The notes under the pieces were generated by a model. It made no database searches. It saw only the letters and a program-made list of their open reading frames with translations, and was not told where the DNA came from. Below are positions 1-9,455 of a stretch of 64,000 bases of DNA, piece by piece (within the stretch, counting starts at the first letter, position 1; every line of letters starts with the position of its first letter). Origin of the DNA: Candidatus Azotimanducaceae bacterium (lineage in GTDB: Bacteria > Pseudomonadota > Gammaproteobacteria > Pseudomonadales > Azotimanducaceae); assembly GCA_965662805.1 (NCBI GenBank), contig CBFIJB010000007.1, forward strand, positions 81,625 to 145,624, read 5' to 3'. A program made the translations under genes and the position numbers.

Positions 1-362
1 TTCTCGCAGTTGGGTCCGCGATAGTGAAACCGGTCTGCCTGCCATTCTGAGAACTCGACTGGCCATTTCTCAGCTACGTGATCCCACATCTCGCCGCTCC
101 AGTCTCCGCAATCCCACTCCTTGATGCGTTCATCAAAGGTAACATCAAGGGTCAGGTATCGATTGATGATCTCTGCTGTCTGGCGTGTGCGGTCGAGGGG
201 CGAAGCGACCAGGTGATCGATCTCAAGGTTCGAGAGGAATTGTCCGTTGATATCAGCCTGCCGACGGCCCAGCTCATTCAGGTTTGAGTTCCACTGACCC
301 TGCATGCGGCGGATCGCGTTCCACTCCGTCTGTCCGTGACGAATAAAATAAAGTTCCTTCAA
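1..362 (-). CDS. Histidine phosphatase (phosphoglycerate-mutase-like) family protein, N-terminal part; gene continues beyond window start
   Basis: The minus-strand frame is open from the window edge up to TTG at 360-362, the only in-frame start after a TGA at 375-377. The translation LKELYFIRHGQTEWNAIRRMQGQWNSNLNELGRRQADINGQFL...VASPLDRTRQTAEII carries the N-terminal RHG catalytic motif. The start overlaps the stop of the upstream ORF (TTGA). Confidence 0.75.
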   Translation of the reverse strand, partial: MKELYFIRHGQTEWNAIRRMQGQWNSNLNELGRRQADINGQFLSNLEIDHLVASPLDRTRQTAEIINRYLTLDVTFDERIKEWDCGDWSGEMWDHVAEKWPVEFSEWQADRFHYRGPNCE

Positions 363-1210
363 GCGTGCTTTATCTCAGTGCCGATCTGTACCAGTTCCAG
401 GTAGGAATTCTGGAAGTGAACGTAAGAGACTTCTCCACCGCCATCTGGAAAAGCTTCTTCGGAACTTATGAGCGCTTTCTGCTTGTCCGGTGCGCCCAGA
501 CGGAAGTGCGAATAACCTGCATCGCCGAAAATATCGAAACTGTTTTTCGGTGCCAGATCATCGCTGTTCGAGGTGAGCAGCGCAATGGTCATGCCGGGTT
601 CCTGCCTGACCAGCAGATGTGCGGTCGCATGGTTTTGAAAGCTTTCGGACTCTGTGTAAACAAGATCGAAGTTCTCTGCATACCCCTGCTTATGGGCTTC
701 CAGGTCCTTTTGCGCGGTCCAGATGTACACGCGATGATTTTGCCATCGCTGATCAGAAGACTGGATCAGCTCATAAACCTGCTGGTCCGGTCCTGTGAAC
801 AGCAGACGATCAGCGTCACCTGAAACAAAGGCATCCAGGTCGGAAATGGGCTGGATGACTTCTTCATCAGTCAGGATTTTCGCGATACCAACCGGGTCCC
901 GGTGGGGCAATCGAAAGATGATGTCTCCTACCCGGGGTCTGCCGGCATCCGGCACACTCGACGCCGTGTAGGAGGTAAATGTATCTTTCTCGAAGTAGTC
1001 AGGGTCTGAAAACTCGCCGCGGCGGTAAATGTACTGCCTGCCGATTCCGGGATACATGTTGCTGATATAGACCTTCGCACCAAACAATTCCAGGAATCGG
1101 TCTGTCCTTGCCAGGTCGCCCGTTTTTGGAATGTTCGCCTGATCTGCTCCGGCAGGTGCCGGTTCTTCGATCAGTGTTGTACCAAAGTGTGCGATGGACA
1201 TATCCGGCAT
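359..1210 (-). CDS. Hypothetical protein (possibly VOC/glyoxalase-like fold)
   Basis: 283-aa ORF whose ATG lies 4 nt after the stop of the upstream gene. I can name no diagnostic motif. Segments such as GYSHFRLGAPDKQKAL and VSYVHFQNSYLELVQ only hint at a VOC-type fold. Confidence 0.55.
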   Translation of the reverse strand: MPDMSIAHFGTTLIEEPAPAGADQANIPKTGDLARTDRFLELFGAKVYISNMYPGIGRQYIYRRGEFSDPDYFEKDTFTSYTASSVPDAGRPRVGDIIFRLPHRDPVGIAKILTDEEVIQPISDLDAFVSGDADRLLFTGPDQQVYELIQSSDQRWQNHRVYIWTAQKDLEAHKQGYAENFDLVYTESESFQNHATAHLLVRQEPGMTIALLTSNSDDLAPKNSFDIFGDAGYSHFRLGAPDKQKALISSEEAFPDGGGEVSYVHFQNSYLELVQIGTEIKHA

Positions 1211-1214
1211 TGGG

Positions 1215-1946
1215 TCAGTCTCCAGGAATAGTTAAAGGTGCGTCCAGTCTCGTTTCCAGGATTGTACCTCGCGGTACGCTGATCGTAGCTCCACGCGTGA
1301 TCAGCGAAGTGCCGGCGCCGACTTTGGCGCCGGTGCGCGCGCCGGATTTTCCGTCAATGAGTCCACCAATGGCGGCTGCCCGGGCAGTTCGCCCGACCGT
1401 GCGGCCGGCCTCATTGGCACCCTGTGCTTTCAGATCGCTGGTGCGGATCGGAAACAACTGATCGTCCAGCATGATGTCGGTAAACTCGATGGCGAGTGAG
1501 GTAGAGCCTGCAAGACGACCTGACTGGCTGGCCTGGGTAATGCGGCCGTGGACCATGGTGCCTCGTGGGATCACCGTCTGTCCGTTCACGGGTATCGCAC
1601 TTTCAAGCTGTCCCCGGAATCTGTGCCCCACACCATGCCGGCTGCTGTCGATATAGTCAGTGGTTCTGATCACCAGGCGGGTTCCCGCAGGTACAGTGAG
1701 AACTGAGGGTTCTTCCTGCTGCCTGGACCGGTTTGCGACACCTTCTGACAGGAAGATGCCAACAATGTCTGCCTCGGGGTAGGCCTCAATCTGCTCTCCG
1801 GTGTTAAACATGATGATGCCGTTGCTGCTGCCCACGAAGTCACCCTCCAGCAGGGTGCCGTCTGCTAGCTCCAGCGTGTCTGCCTGCATGACCATCGAAG
1901 TAGCCAGCAGGGTGCTACAGATCAATGCGTTTAATAGTGTTTTCAA
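1215..1946 (-). CDS. Secreted hypothetical protein
   Basis: 243-aa ORF with signal peptide MKTLLNALICSTLLATSMVMQA. It has a Gly/Ala-rich C-terminal segment, AAAIGGLIDGKSGARTGAKVGAG. Family not recognised. Confidence 0.6.
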   Translation of the reverse strand: MKTLLNALICSTLLATSMVMQADTLELADGTLLEGDFVGSSNGIIMFNTGEQIEAYPEADIVGIFLSEGVANRSRQQEEPSVLTVPAGTRLVIRTTDYIDSSRHGVGHRFRGQLESAIPVNGQTVIPRGTMVHGRITQASQSGRLAGSTSLAIEFTDIMLDDQLFPIRTSDLKAQGANEAGRTVGRTARAAAIGGLIDGKSGARTGAKVGAGTSLITRGATISVPRGTILETRLDAPLTIPGD

Positions 1947-2048
1947 TTCCTGAGCTCCAAATTCTGTGCTACCAAGGGGCAGTGCCTATCTCGTTGCTTG
2001 ACACCGTTTAAGTTGGTGGCAAGGTATTACACAATAATAGTCTGTTAC

Positions 2049-3095
2049 ATGGAGCGCGCAATTACCTCGCGAATCCTGAACTTCTGTTCAGAAAAAGTCC
2101 TGTTATTGCTGATGATACTGGGGACGGTCCTGTTCTGGTCCCAGTATTCCAGAGGCGAGCCGGTCCCTGATTCGGATGTTCAGCAGTCAGAGGGTTGGGA
2201 AGCTGCGTCGCCCGAGCCTGATGATCCCCAAGTGCACTGGCTCGACAACAGCCACCTTTACCTGACTGATCGGACACAGGCTCTGGCAAACTGGATGGAC
2301 AGTTTCTTCGGTGATACCGAATACGACAGTGAGCAGGCTGAGTCGATCGTTCGGGTTGAGCTCAGCGAAGACTGGAACAATCTGGAGGGCGGTAGCACCA
2401 GGGTAAAAATTCGAGGGCGTGTACATCTACCCAGGTTGTCAAAGCGGCTCTCTCTGGTGTTCAACGCGGATGAAGAGGACGAGGGGGCATTTGATGATCT
2501 TGTTCCTGGCCAGCAGGAAGAAGACAGGGTAGGACTGCAGCTTCGGGGCAGGGAAACCAAGCGATCCCGGTTTGATTACACTATGGGTTGGGCTTCCGGT
2601 AATCCGAGACCCGGAATTCGCTACCGAAATCAGGGCGCGTTGGGTGATCGTGGCAGTTATCGCCTGACCGAACGCATTCAGTACGAGCACAAGAAGAAAT
2701 TTTATTCCAAAACCAACTTCAGGATCAGTCAGCGACTCACAGATAACCGGATCATGAACTGGTCCAGTCGTATTAACTACGGTGAGAAGACCGAGGGCGT
2801 TGAGTGGTCCACCAGTATCTCGTGGCTCAACCGTTACAGAGTGGCCCATGACCGACCCATCGCCGCATCCTTTTATGTGGCGGCTTCGGGTGTGACCCGC
2901 CCGGACAGCTATGTCAGTAACTATGCACTAGGGCTTGTTTACCGTCGGCAACTATTCAGGGACTACCTTTTTCTGGAGTTTGAACCCAGTGTTAACTATC
3001 GACAGCTGGACGCGCAGGCGGACCGGGAGCTCATGTGGCGCGCAATCCTGAGGTTTGAAATTGCGTTGAGCAAGGAGCCGGTAGGTCTCAGGTAA
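2049..3095 (+). CDS. Hypothetical envelope protein (possible outer-membrane beta-barrel)
   Basis: ATG at 2049; the track ORF begins at an upstream TTG at 1998. There is one N-terminal hydrophobic segment, VLLLLMILGTVLFW. The rest is Y/R/W-rich alternating sequence ending ...WRAILRFEIAL. Family not recognised. Confidence 0.55.
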   Translation: MERAITSRILNFCSEKVLLLLMILGTVLFWSQYSRGEPVPDSDVQQSEGWEAASPEPDDPQVHWLDNSHLYLTDRTQALANWMDSFFGDTEYDSEQAESIVRVELSEDWNNLEGGSTRVKIRGRVHLPRLSKRLSLVFNADEEDEGAFDDLVPGQQEEDRVGLQLRGRETKRSRFDYTMGWASGNPRPGIRYRNQGALGDRGSYRLTERIQYEHKKKFYSKTNFRISQRLTDNRIMNWSSRINYGEKTEGVEWSTSISWLNRYRVAHDRPIAASFYVAASGVTRPDSYVSNYALGLVYRRQLFRDYLFLEFEPSVNYRQLDAQADRELMWRAILRFEIALSKEPVGLR

Positions 3096-3136
3096 AAGTC
3101 TGGCTCAGGTAATTGTCTGAATGTGCAATTTCGACC

Positions 3137-3188
3137 GTCGTTGTCCACTGTCGTTGTCCACTGTCGTTGTCCACTGTCGTTGTCCATT
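3137..3188 (+). repeat. Tandem direct repeat, 4 x 13 bp (GTCGTTGTCCACT; last copy GTCGTTGTCCATT)
   Basis: Read directly from the sequence: copies at 3137, 3150, 3163 and 3176. The array ends 55 nt upstream of ATG 3244. Confidence 0.95.
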
Positions 3189-3243
3189 GGTAAAACACGG
3201 TAACTTCAGGTATTTTCAGCCAGATCAATAAAGGAGAGTGATC

Positions 3244-4825
3244 ATGTCTCGATGGATTACCGGGGCCGCTTCTTGTCCTGTTTTCAGCAGGAAGCCTCGC
3301 CGCAGATAAACCCAATATTCTCGTTATCTGGGGAGATGACGTCGGAGCGCATAACGTCAGCGCATACAACCACGGCATTATGGGGTACCAGACTCCCAAC
3401 ATAGACAGAATCGCCGCCGAGGGGGCCTTATTCACTGATGCATACGCCCAGCAGAGTTGTACGGCAGGTCGAGCGTCTTTCATTCTTGGGCAACATCCCT
3501 TCCGCACCGGTCTTTTAACCATCGGTATGCCCGGATCGGATCATGGTATCCCTGACTGGGCACCGACCATCGCGGACCTGGTCAAGGACCATGGTTATAT
3601 GACTGGCCAGTTCGGTAAAAACCATCTGGGAGATCAGGACAAGCATCTTCCAACCAACCACGGGTTTGATGAATTCTTCGGTAATCTCTACCACCTGAAT
3701 GCAGAAGAGGAGTCGGAGACCTATTACTACCCGGACGACCCAGAGTTCCGTAAGCGCTTCGGTCCGCGCGGCGTGATCAAGTCTTCAGCAGACGGCCAGA
3801 TTGAAGACACTGGCCCCATGACAAAGAAGCGCATGGAAACTGCGGATGAGGAATTTCTGACTGCCGGTCTTGATTTCATTGATCGGGCGCACAAATCTGA
3901 CAAGCCCTTTTTCGTCTGGATGAGTACGACGAGGATGCACGTCTGGACGCGTCTGAAGAAAGAAGCCGAGGGACGAACTGGTATTGGTCTCTACCCGGAC
4001 GGTATGGCCGAGCATGACGATCACGTTGGCATCCTGCTGGACAAGCTCGATGAGCTTGGCATTGCGGATAACACGATCGTGATTTACAGCACGGACAACG
4101 GTGCAGAGACGGTTTCCTGGCCTGACGGTGGTATTACGCCATTTAAGGGCGAGAAAGGCACGACCTGGGAAGGCGGGTTCCGCGTACCGCTGGTAGTTCG
4201 CTGGCCTGGTGTCATTGAACCCGGCACGAAAAACAACGACATCATTTCTCACGAGGATTGGATGCCAACTTTGCTGGCGGCCGTGGGTGAACCTGACATT
4301 GTCGAGAAGCTGAAGAAAGGGCATCGTGCCAACGGTAATAAGTGGAAGGTTCATCTTGATGGTTATAACTTCATGCCGCGATTTAAAGGTGATGCGGACG
4401 AGGGGCCACGGGATCAGATTTTCTACTTTGGCCAGGGTGGTGAGCTCAATGCTGTGCGCTGGAATGACTGGAAGATCCATTTCGCCATCCTGGAAGGTAA
4501 TATCACGAACGCTCAGAGGATTGAGACCTCTTGGCCGATTGTTATCAACCTGAAGGCAGATCCTTATGAGCATGCCTGGGAGCATTCAGCGATGTATCTG
4601 CGCTGGATGGCTGACAAGATGTATCTGCGCTGGATGGCTGACAATATGTGGCTGTTTGTCCCTGTTCAGGTCGAGTTGCAGAAGTTCCTGGTCTCCATGG
4701 AAGGTTATCCTTTCCAGGAAGGCGCTTCTCTGAACGCCGGTGGTATTAACTATCGTTCATTGAAAGCGCTCAAGATTCTGGAGCAGATCGACGGCAAGGG
4801 TCTGTTGGAGCGACCGGGTAATTGA
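3244..4825 (+). pseudogene. Arylsulfatase (formylglycine-dependent sulfatase family) with apparent 1-nt frameshift in the signal-peptide region
   Basis: The body (track ORF 3380..4825) has the sulfatase signatures SCTAGRASFILGQHPFRTG and GKNHLG. The conserved N-terminus ...LLVLFSAGSLAADKPNILVIWGDDVG is encoded in the same frame upstream of the first ATG. The SD-preceded ATG at 3244 sits in a different frame and stops at 3307-3309. Family call is about 0.9; pseudogene versus sequencing error is uncertain. Confidence 0.6.
4592..4645 (+). repeat. In-frame 27-bp tandem duplication inside the sulfatase gene (MYLRWMADK / MYLRWMADN)
   Basis: atgtatctgcgctggatggctgacaag (4592-4618) is followed immediately by atgtatctgcgctggatggctgacaat (4619-4645). 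The two copies differ at one base. Confidence 0.95.
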
Positions 4826-4860
4826 TGCCCGGTCAGCGTTATCCGGGGGAGAGCCGGGTC

Positions 4861-6552
4861 ATGAGAATACTCAAAGCCATTGCGCTTCCCTGGTTGCTGT
4901 TCATGCTCAGTTCTGCGAGCGCCGATCAGGCGCCGCCGAAGCTGGTGCTGCAGATAACGGTAGACGCGTTGCGTGGAGATTTGCCGCAACGTTATAGTGA
5001 AGTGATTGGTGATGGTGGGCTGCGATACCTGATGGAGCAGGGCGTACATTTCACCAACGCACACTATCTTCACGCCAACACGGAAACGATCGTTGGCCAC
5101 ACTTCCTTATCGACGGGGGCATTCCCGGCCGCTCATGGCATGGTGGGCAATGTCTGGTTTGATCGAAGTCAGAACCGACTTGTCTACAATATCGAAGACC
5201 CCGCCTATCATCTGCTGACAGCGGATGCGGATGTCGACCGGAGCACGGAAATCGACCCGACCCAGAGAGCTGCCAGGTCGGATGGCCGGTCACCTGCCAA
5301 TATACTGGCGACCACATTTGGTGATGAGCTGGCGCTTGCCACTGATGGTGCCGCAAAAGTCTTTGGGGTCTCAGTCAAGGATCGTGGTGCCGTCGCCATG
5401 GCAGGGCATGCCGGCAAAGCCTTCTGGTTTTCCAAAAAGTCGGGTGAATTTGTCACCAGCAACTATTACTACGATCAGTATCCGCAGTGGGTAACGTGAT
5501 GGAATGAGCGTAATCCGGCCGCTGCCTATTCCGGTGAATCCTGGGAGCTGACCCATAAAGCTTCCCGTTACCTGTTTGGCGATCGAGATGACAACGACTA
5601 TGAGACCGATGTCGCAGGTTTTGGAAGAACTTTCCCTCACGCCTACGGAACTTTGGGCGACAGCTACTTCACAACCAAGCTGACACTAAGCCCCGCGGGA
5701 GATGAACTGACTGTAGACTTTGTCATGGCGTTGATCGACAACGAAGAGTTGGGGCAGGACAAGGTCACCGACTATCTTTCGGTCAGTTTCTCCTCAACGG
5801 ATTATGTCGGGCATGTTTTTGGCGCATCAAGCCTGGAGTCGGAAGATAATCTGGTCCGGCTTGATCGCACCCTGGGTAGGCTGTTTGCGCATGTCGACAA
5901 GAAGATCGGTCTGGAGAACACGCTGATCGTTCTTTCTGCAGATCATGGCCAGCCTGAGGCGCCGGGCTACCTTCATGAACATGGTATTGCCGGTGCACAT
6001 TACTTTGATGTGGAGTCGCTGGACAAGTCTGAGGCCGTCAGCAACCTGAAAGCCCGGTTCGGTATTGCCGGCGAGTTGATTGAGGCATTCTTCCAGCCCT
6101 ACCTTTATCTGAACCAGAAAGTCATTGCCGAGAAAGGTCTTGACCCTGTGGCTGTCGAGACAGCGGTAGCCGGAGAAGTACTGAAACTGCCTGGCATCGC
6201 GGCAGCTGTATCCAGCCACGCCCTGCGAGCAGGTGCGGTCCCCGTTACCGATGTAACGAGATCAGTGCAGCGTAACGACTATGGCAAAAGATCCGGGGAT
6301 GTCTACCTGGTTTTTCAACCCTATGTCTTTATCAACGATTTTGACGGTCTGATTGTTTCAAGTACTCATGGTTCGCCGTGGCGCTACGATACTTATGTAC
6401 CTGTGATCTTTGCAGGTCACGGACTTGAAGCAAAACGTGTGGATCGCCGAATTGCACCCTATGATATAGCGCCCACTCTGTCGTCCTACCTTGGTGTGAA
6501 ACCACCATCGAGTGCCGCGGGTTCTGTTCTGCGAGAAATTACTCAGCCCTAG
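4861..6552 (+). pseudogene. PafA/NPP-like alkaline phosphatase family protein interrupted by one in-frame TGA (5497-5499)
   Basis: Track ORFs 4822..5499 and 5653..6552 are in the same frame, and the 51 codons between them are open. Signal peptide MRILKAIALPWLLFMLSSASA. Alkaline-phosphatase-superfamily motifs lie on both sides of the stop: QITVDALRGD and GHTSLSTGAFPAAHGMVGN before it, SFSSTDYVGHVFG and VLSADHGQ after it. Confidence 0.7.
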
Positions 6553-6724
6553 GGTGGATCAGAACATCGTTTCTTTTCTCTACCATGGGAAGACGAGAGG
6601 CTGGCAGCAGATACCTGAATGACTCTGTGGTGCTGGCTAGAACCCGGTGCTGCCGGATATGATTCTGGATTCGGTGGCGCAAGCCGCGGAGTTTGTTCCC
6701 GATTCGACTGAACCAGGAGTCACC

Positions 6725-8038
6725 ATGTCGTCTGAAGTCCTCTGGCCTTTTATCCCCAATGCCAACCCCACACGGCTTAAGCGTGCAGAAGGCGCTTACC
6801 TGATTATGGACAATGGTGATCGCGTTCTGGACGCCGCGGGCGGCGCCATCGTGACGAACATCGGCCATGGTCGCCAGGACGTGGCCGACGCGATTGCTGC
6901 TGCTGCGGTGAACTGCACCTATGCGATACCACCCTGGTTGACGCCGGAGCGCGAGGCGCTGCTCGAAGAGTTAAGGCAGCACTGGCTGCCGGAACATCTG
7001 CCCTGTGTGCATCTGGCTTCGGGTGGTTCAGAAGCCAATGAGTCTGCGGTCAAGATCGCGACCCAATACCAGGCGGCCATGGGACGTCCGGAAAAGCAGG
7101 TGATCCTGGCACGCAGCCTCTCCTATCACGGGACGACGATTCAGATGGCGGGCGTCTCCGGCCACCAGTCACGCAAGCGAGGGCTTGAAGGTCTGATTAC
7201 CGAAGTGCCACGAATTGAAACGCCATATCCGCTGCATTGTCCCCTTGGCCCCCACCATCCTGATGCAGCTGATTACTACCTGAAGAACCTTGAAGAGACC
7301 ATTGACGCCATCGGTGCTGAAAATATTGCAGCTCTTCTCGCTGAACCACTGAATGGTTCTTCCGGTGGCGCCATCACACCACCGGCGGGATACTGGCCAC
7401 GGGCACAGGAAATACTGCGTAAACACGAGATTCTGTTGATCATGGATGAGGTCATGACCGGTTTTGGTCGAACCGGAGAGAAGTTCGGCAGTGATCTCTA
7501 TGGTCTCGAGCCGGATCTGCTCGTTGCCGGAAAGGGCATGGCGGGTGGCTATGCCGCGATCTCGGGCGTATACGGGCGCCAGTCGATCGCAGAGGCTATT
7601 GGTCATGCCGGTTACAGCGTCATGTTCCATACCTTTGGTGCGCTTCCCCTTTCCTGCGCTGCGGCCACCAAAGTGCTTCAGATCCTCAGAGAGGAGGAGC
7701 TGTTACCCCGGGTAAAGTCCATGGGAGGGAAGTTGCGGGAAGCGTTGAACGACCGCCTGGGTCAGCATCCGCATGTTGCGGAGATACGCGGTGAAGGGCT
7801 TCTGCTTGGGCTCGAACTTGTTAAAGATCGCGAAACCCTGGAGAAGTTTGACGAGAACGAGCGCATTACGGAGCGTGTGGTCGGGAAGGCGATGGCAGAA
7901 GGCGTTTTCTTCTACCCCGGTGGAACCGGGGTAGCGAGAGACATCATCTGTATCGGTGCTCCGTTCATTATTGGTGATGCTGAAGTTGATCTGATGGTGA
8001 ATGCCCTGGACCGGGCATTGGCAAAACTGTCGTCCTGA
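6725..8038 (+). CDS. Class III pyridoxal-phosphate-dependent aminotransferase
   Basis: ATG 6725 is preceded by AGGAG. Sequence includes ASGGSEANESAVK, LIMDEVMTGFGRTGEKF and the size typical of omega-aminotransferases. Confidence 0.85.
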   Translation: MSSEVLWPFIPNANPTRLKRAEGAYLIMDNGDRVLDAAGGAIVTNIGHGRQDVADAIAAAAVNCTYAIPPWLTPEREALLEELRQHWLPEHLPCVHLASGGSEANESAVKIATQYQAAMGRPEKQVILARSLSYHGTTIQMAGVSGHQSRKRGLEGLITEVPRIETPYPLHCPLGPHHPDAADYYLKNLEETIDAIGAENIAALLAEPLNGSSGGAITPPAGYWPRAQEILRKHEILLIMDEVMTGFGRTGEKFGSDLYGLEPDLLVAGKGMAGGYAAISGVYGRQSIAEAIGHAGYSVMFHTFGALPLSCAAATKVLQILREEELLPRVKSMGGKLREALNDRLGQHPHVAEIRGEGLLLGLELVKDRETLEKFDENERITERVVGKAMAEGVFFYPGGTGVARDIICIGAPFIIGDAEVDLMVNALDRALAKLSS

Positions 8039-8047
8039 TGACTTCTT

Positions 8048-8281
8048 CTAGTCCTGCAGCATCCTGAAAAGCTCATCTTTCAGGTGCAGCCTGACCTTCT
8101 TTCGTTCTTCCAGATACTCATCTGTGGTGTTCTCCGCCCCTGTCTCAATGCGGTGCACTTCATGGTCAACCTCGTGATACTCGGCAAATAACCTGGCGAA
8201 GTGTGCGTTGGACATTTTCATATCGTGAATCTTTTCACGGTACTCAGGTAGTTCGTGTATCAGATCATGTTTCTCGAGCAT
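8048..8281 (-). CDS. DUF465 (YdcH-like) small protein
   Basis: 77 aa. The pattern HDLIHELPEYREKIHDMKMSNAHFARLFAEYHEVDHEVHRIE is typical of DUF465. Confidence 0.75.
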   Translation of the reverse strand: MLEKHDLIHELPEYREKIHDMKMSNAHFARLFAEYHEVDHEVHRIETGAENTTDEYLEERKKVRLHLKDELFRMLQD

Positions 8282-8444
8282 GGTGCACTTCCTTATTTAT
8301 GATGATGCCAGTATCAGTGGTTCTTCTCCGCTGTGCGTTGATCTGTATCAAGGCTTTACTTCAAGGAAGGATGATCAGCTGCTTCGACGATGTCCGGGGC
8401 TCGTGATATTCTGATGGTCTGTTTCGCAACCCAAGTGTTGACGT

Positions 8445-9455
8445 ATGAAGCCTAGAATAGCCATCAATGGTTTTGGTCGAATTGGCAGGACGATTACTCG
8501 AATAGCCAAACTTCGCGATCACTATGACGTGATCGCGGTAAACGATATCGCGGGTCCCGAGCAGCTCGCTTATGCCTTCAGATACGACAGCATTCATGGC
8601 CGCTATCCCGGTGAAGTCAGTCTCAAGGGTGATGTGATGCAGATTGATGGTGATCCCTTCAAAGTGCTGAATGAGCCGGATCCCGCGAAATTGCCCTGGG
8701 GTGAGCTTGGCGTTGATTACGTGATCGAAGCCAGTGGCCGGTTTCGGAAAACATCCGAGCTGCAGCAGCATATTGATGCCGGCGCATCCCGCGTCATTGT
8801 TACCGTTCCGACGAAGGATGAACTGGAGGCAACGCTGGTCGCCGGGGTCAACGATCATGTGATCACCCGGGACGCCAGAATCATTTCGAATGCCAGTTGT
8901 ACAACGAACTGTGCGGCGCCACTGGCAAAAGTTCTGCACGAGAACTTTGGACTCACCAGGGGGTTGCTGACCACTGTCCATGCGTATACGTCTGATCAAA
9001 GACTGATTGACGCACCCCACGGGGGCGACATGCGCCGAAGCCGGAATGCTGCGACGAATATTGTGCCGACCTCAACCGGTGCGGCTCGAGCGATAGGTCA
9101 GGTGTTGCCGGAACTTGAAGGCAGGCTGGATGGTGTTGCGATGCGGGTTCCAGTTGCCGATGGTTCTCTGGTAGATCTGACTGTCGAGTTAGGCAAAGAT
9201 GTGTCTGTCAGTGATGTGAATGCGGTATTCAAACAGGCCGCTGAAACCTCAATGAAAGGTATCCTTGAGTATTGTACTGACCCCATTGTCTCGTCTGACA
9301 TTATTGGCAACTCGCACTCATCTATTTTCGACGCTGAGCTTACCCAGGTTATGGATGGAAACTTTGTCAAAGTCGTCAGCTGGTATGACAACGAATGGGG
9401 CTACTCTTCCCGGGTTGAGGAATTGATCATGCGTCTCGCTGAAATGGATGCCTGA
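8445..9455 (+). CDS. gap: Type I glyceraldehyde-3-phosphate dehydrogenase
   Basis: NGFGRIGR NAD-binding motif, active site SNASCTTNC, and WYDNEWGYS near the C-terminus. 336 aa. Confidence 0.95.
   Translation: MKPRIAINGFGRIGRTITRIAKLRDHYDVIAVNDIAGPEQLAYAFRYDSIHGRYPGEVSLKGDVMQIDGDPFKVLNEPDPAKLPWGELGVDYVIEASGRFRKTSELQQHIDAGASRVIVTVPTKDELEATLVAGVNDHVITRDARIISNASCTTNCAAPLAKVLHENFGLTRGLLTTVHAYTSDQRLIDAPHGGDMRRSRNAATNIVPTSTGAARAIGQVLPELEGRLDGVAMRVPVADGSLVDLTVELGKDVSVSDVNAVFKQAAETSMKGILEYCTDPIVSSDIIGNSHSSIFDAELTQVMDGNFVKVVSWYDNEWGYSSRVEELIMRLAEMDA

Noticed and set aside
3137-3188. Interpretation of the tandem arrays (here and at 12796, 40745, 46391) as CRISPR arrays
   Set aside because: The units are contiguous with no spacers, are only 13-23 bp long, and no cas genes are present.
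3137-3188. Pho-box interpretation (CTGTC-containing repeats upstream of a sulfatase/phosphatase pair)
   Set aside because: Pho boxes are 7-bp direct repeats with 11-bp phasing (CTGTCAT-N4-CTGTCAT). Here the period is 13 bp and the conserved core is TTGTCCA, so the match is superficial.
3785-4585. 266-aa ORF antisense to the sulfatase gene
   Set aside because: It lies entirely inside a gene with strong family motifs on the other strand. It has no recognisable motif and the Arg/Pro-rich composition typical of shadow ORFs in GC-rich coding DNA.
5497-5560. Selenocysteine recoding of the in-frame TGA
   Set aside because: There is no convincing stem-loop immediately downstream; only a 4-bp CCGG pairing is possible. 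The position is not a known redox or catalytic Cys site, and no sel genes lie in the window.
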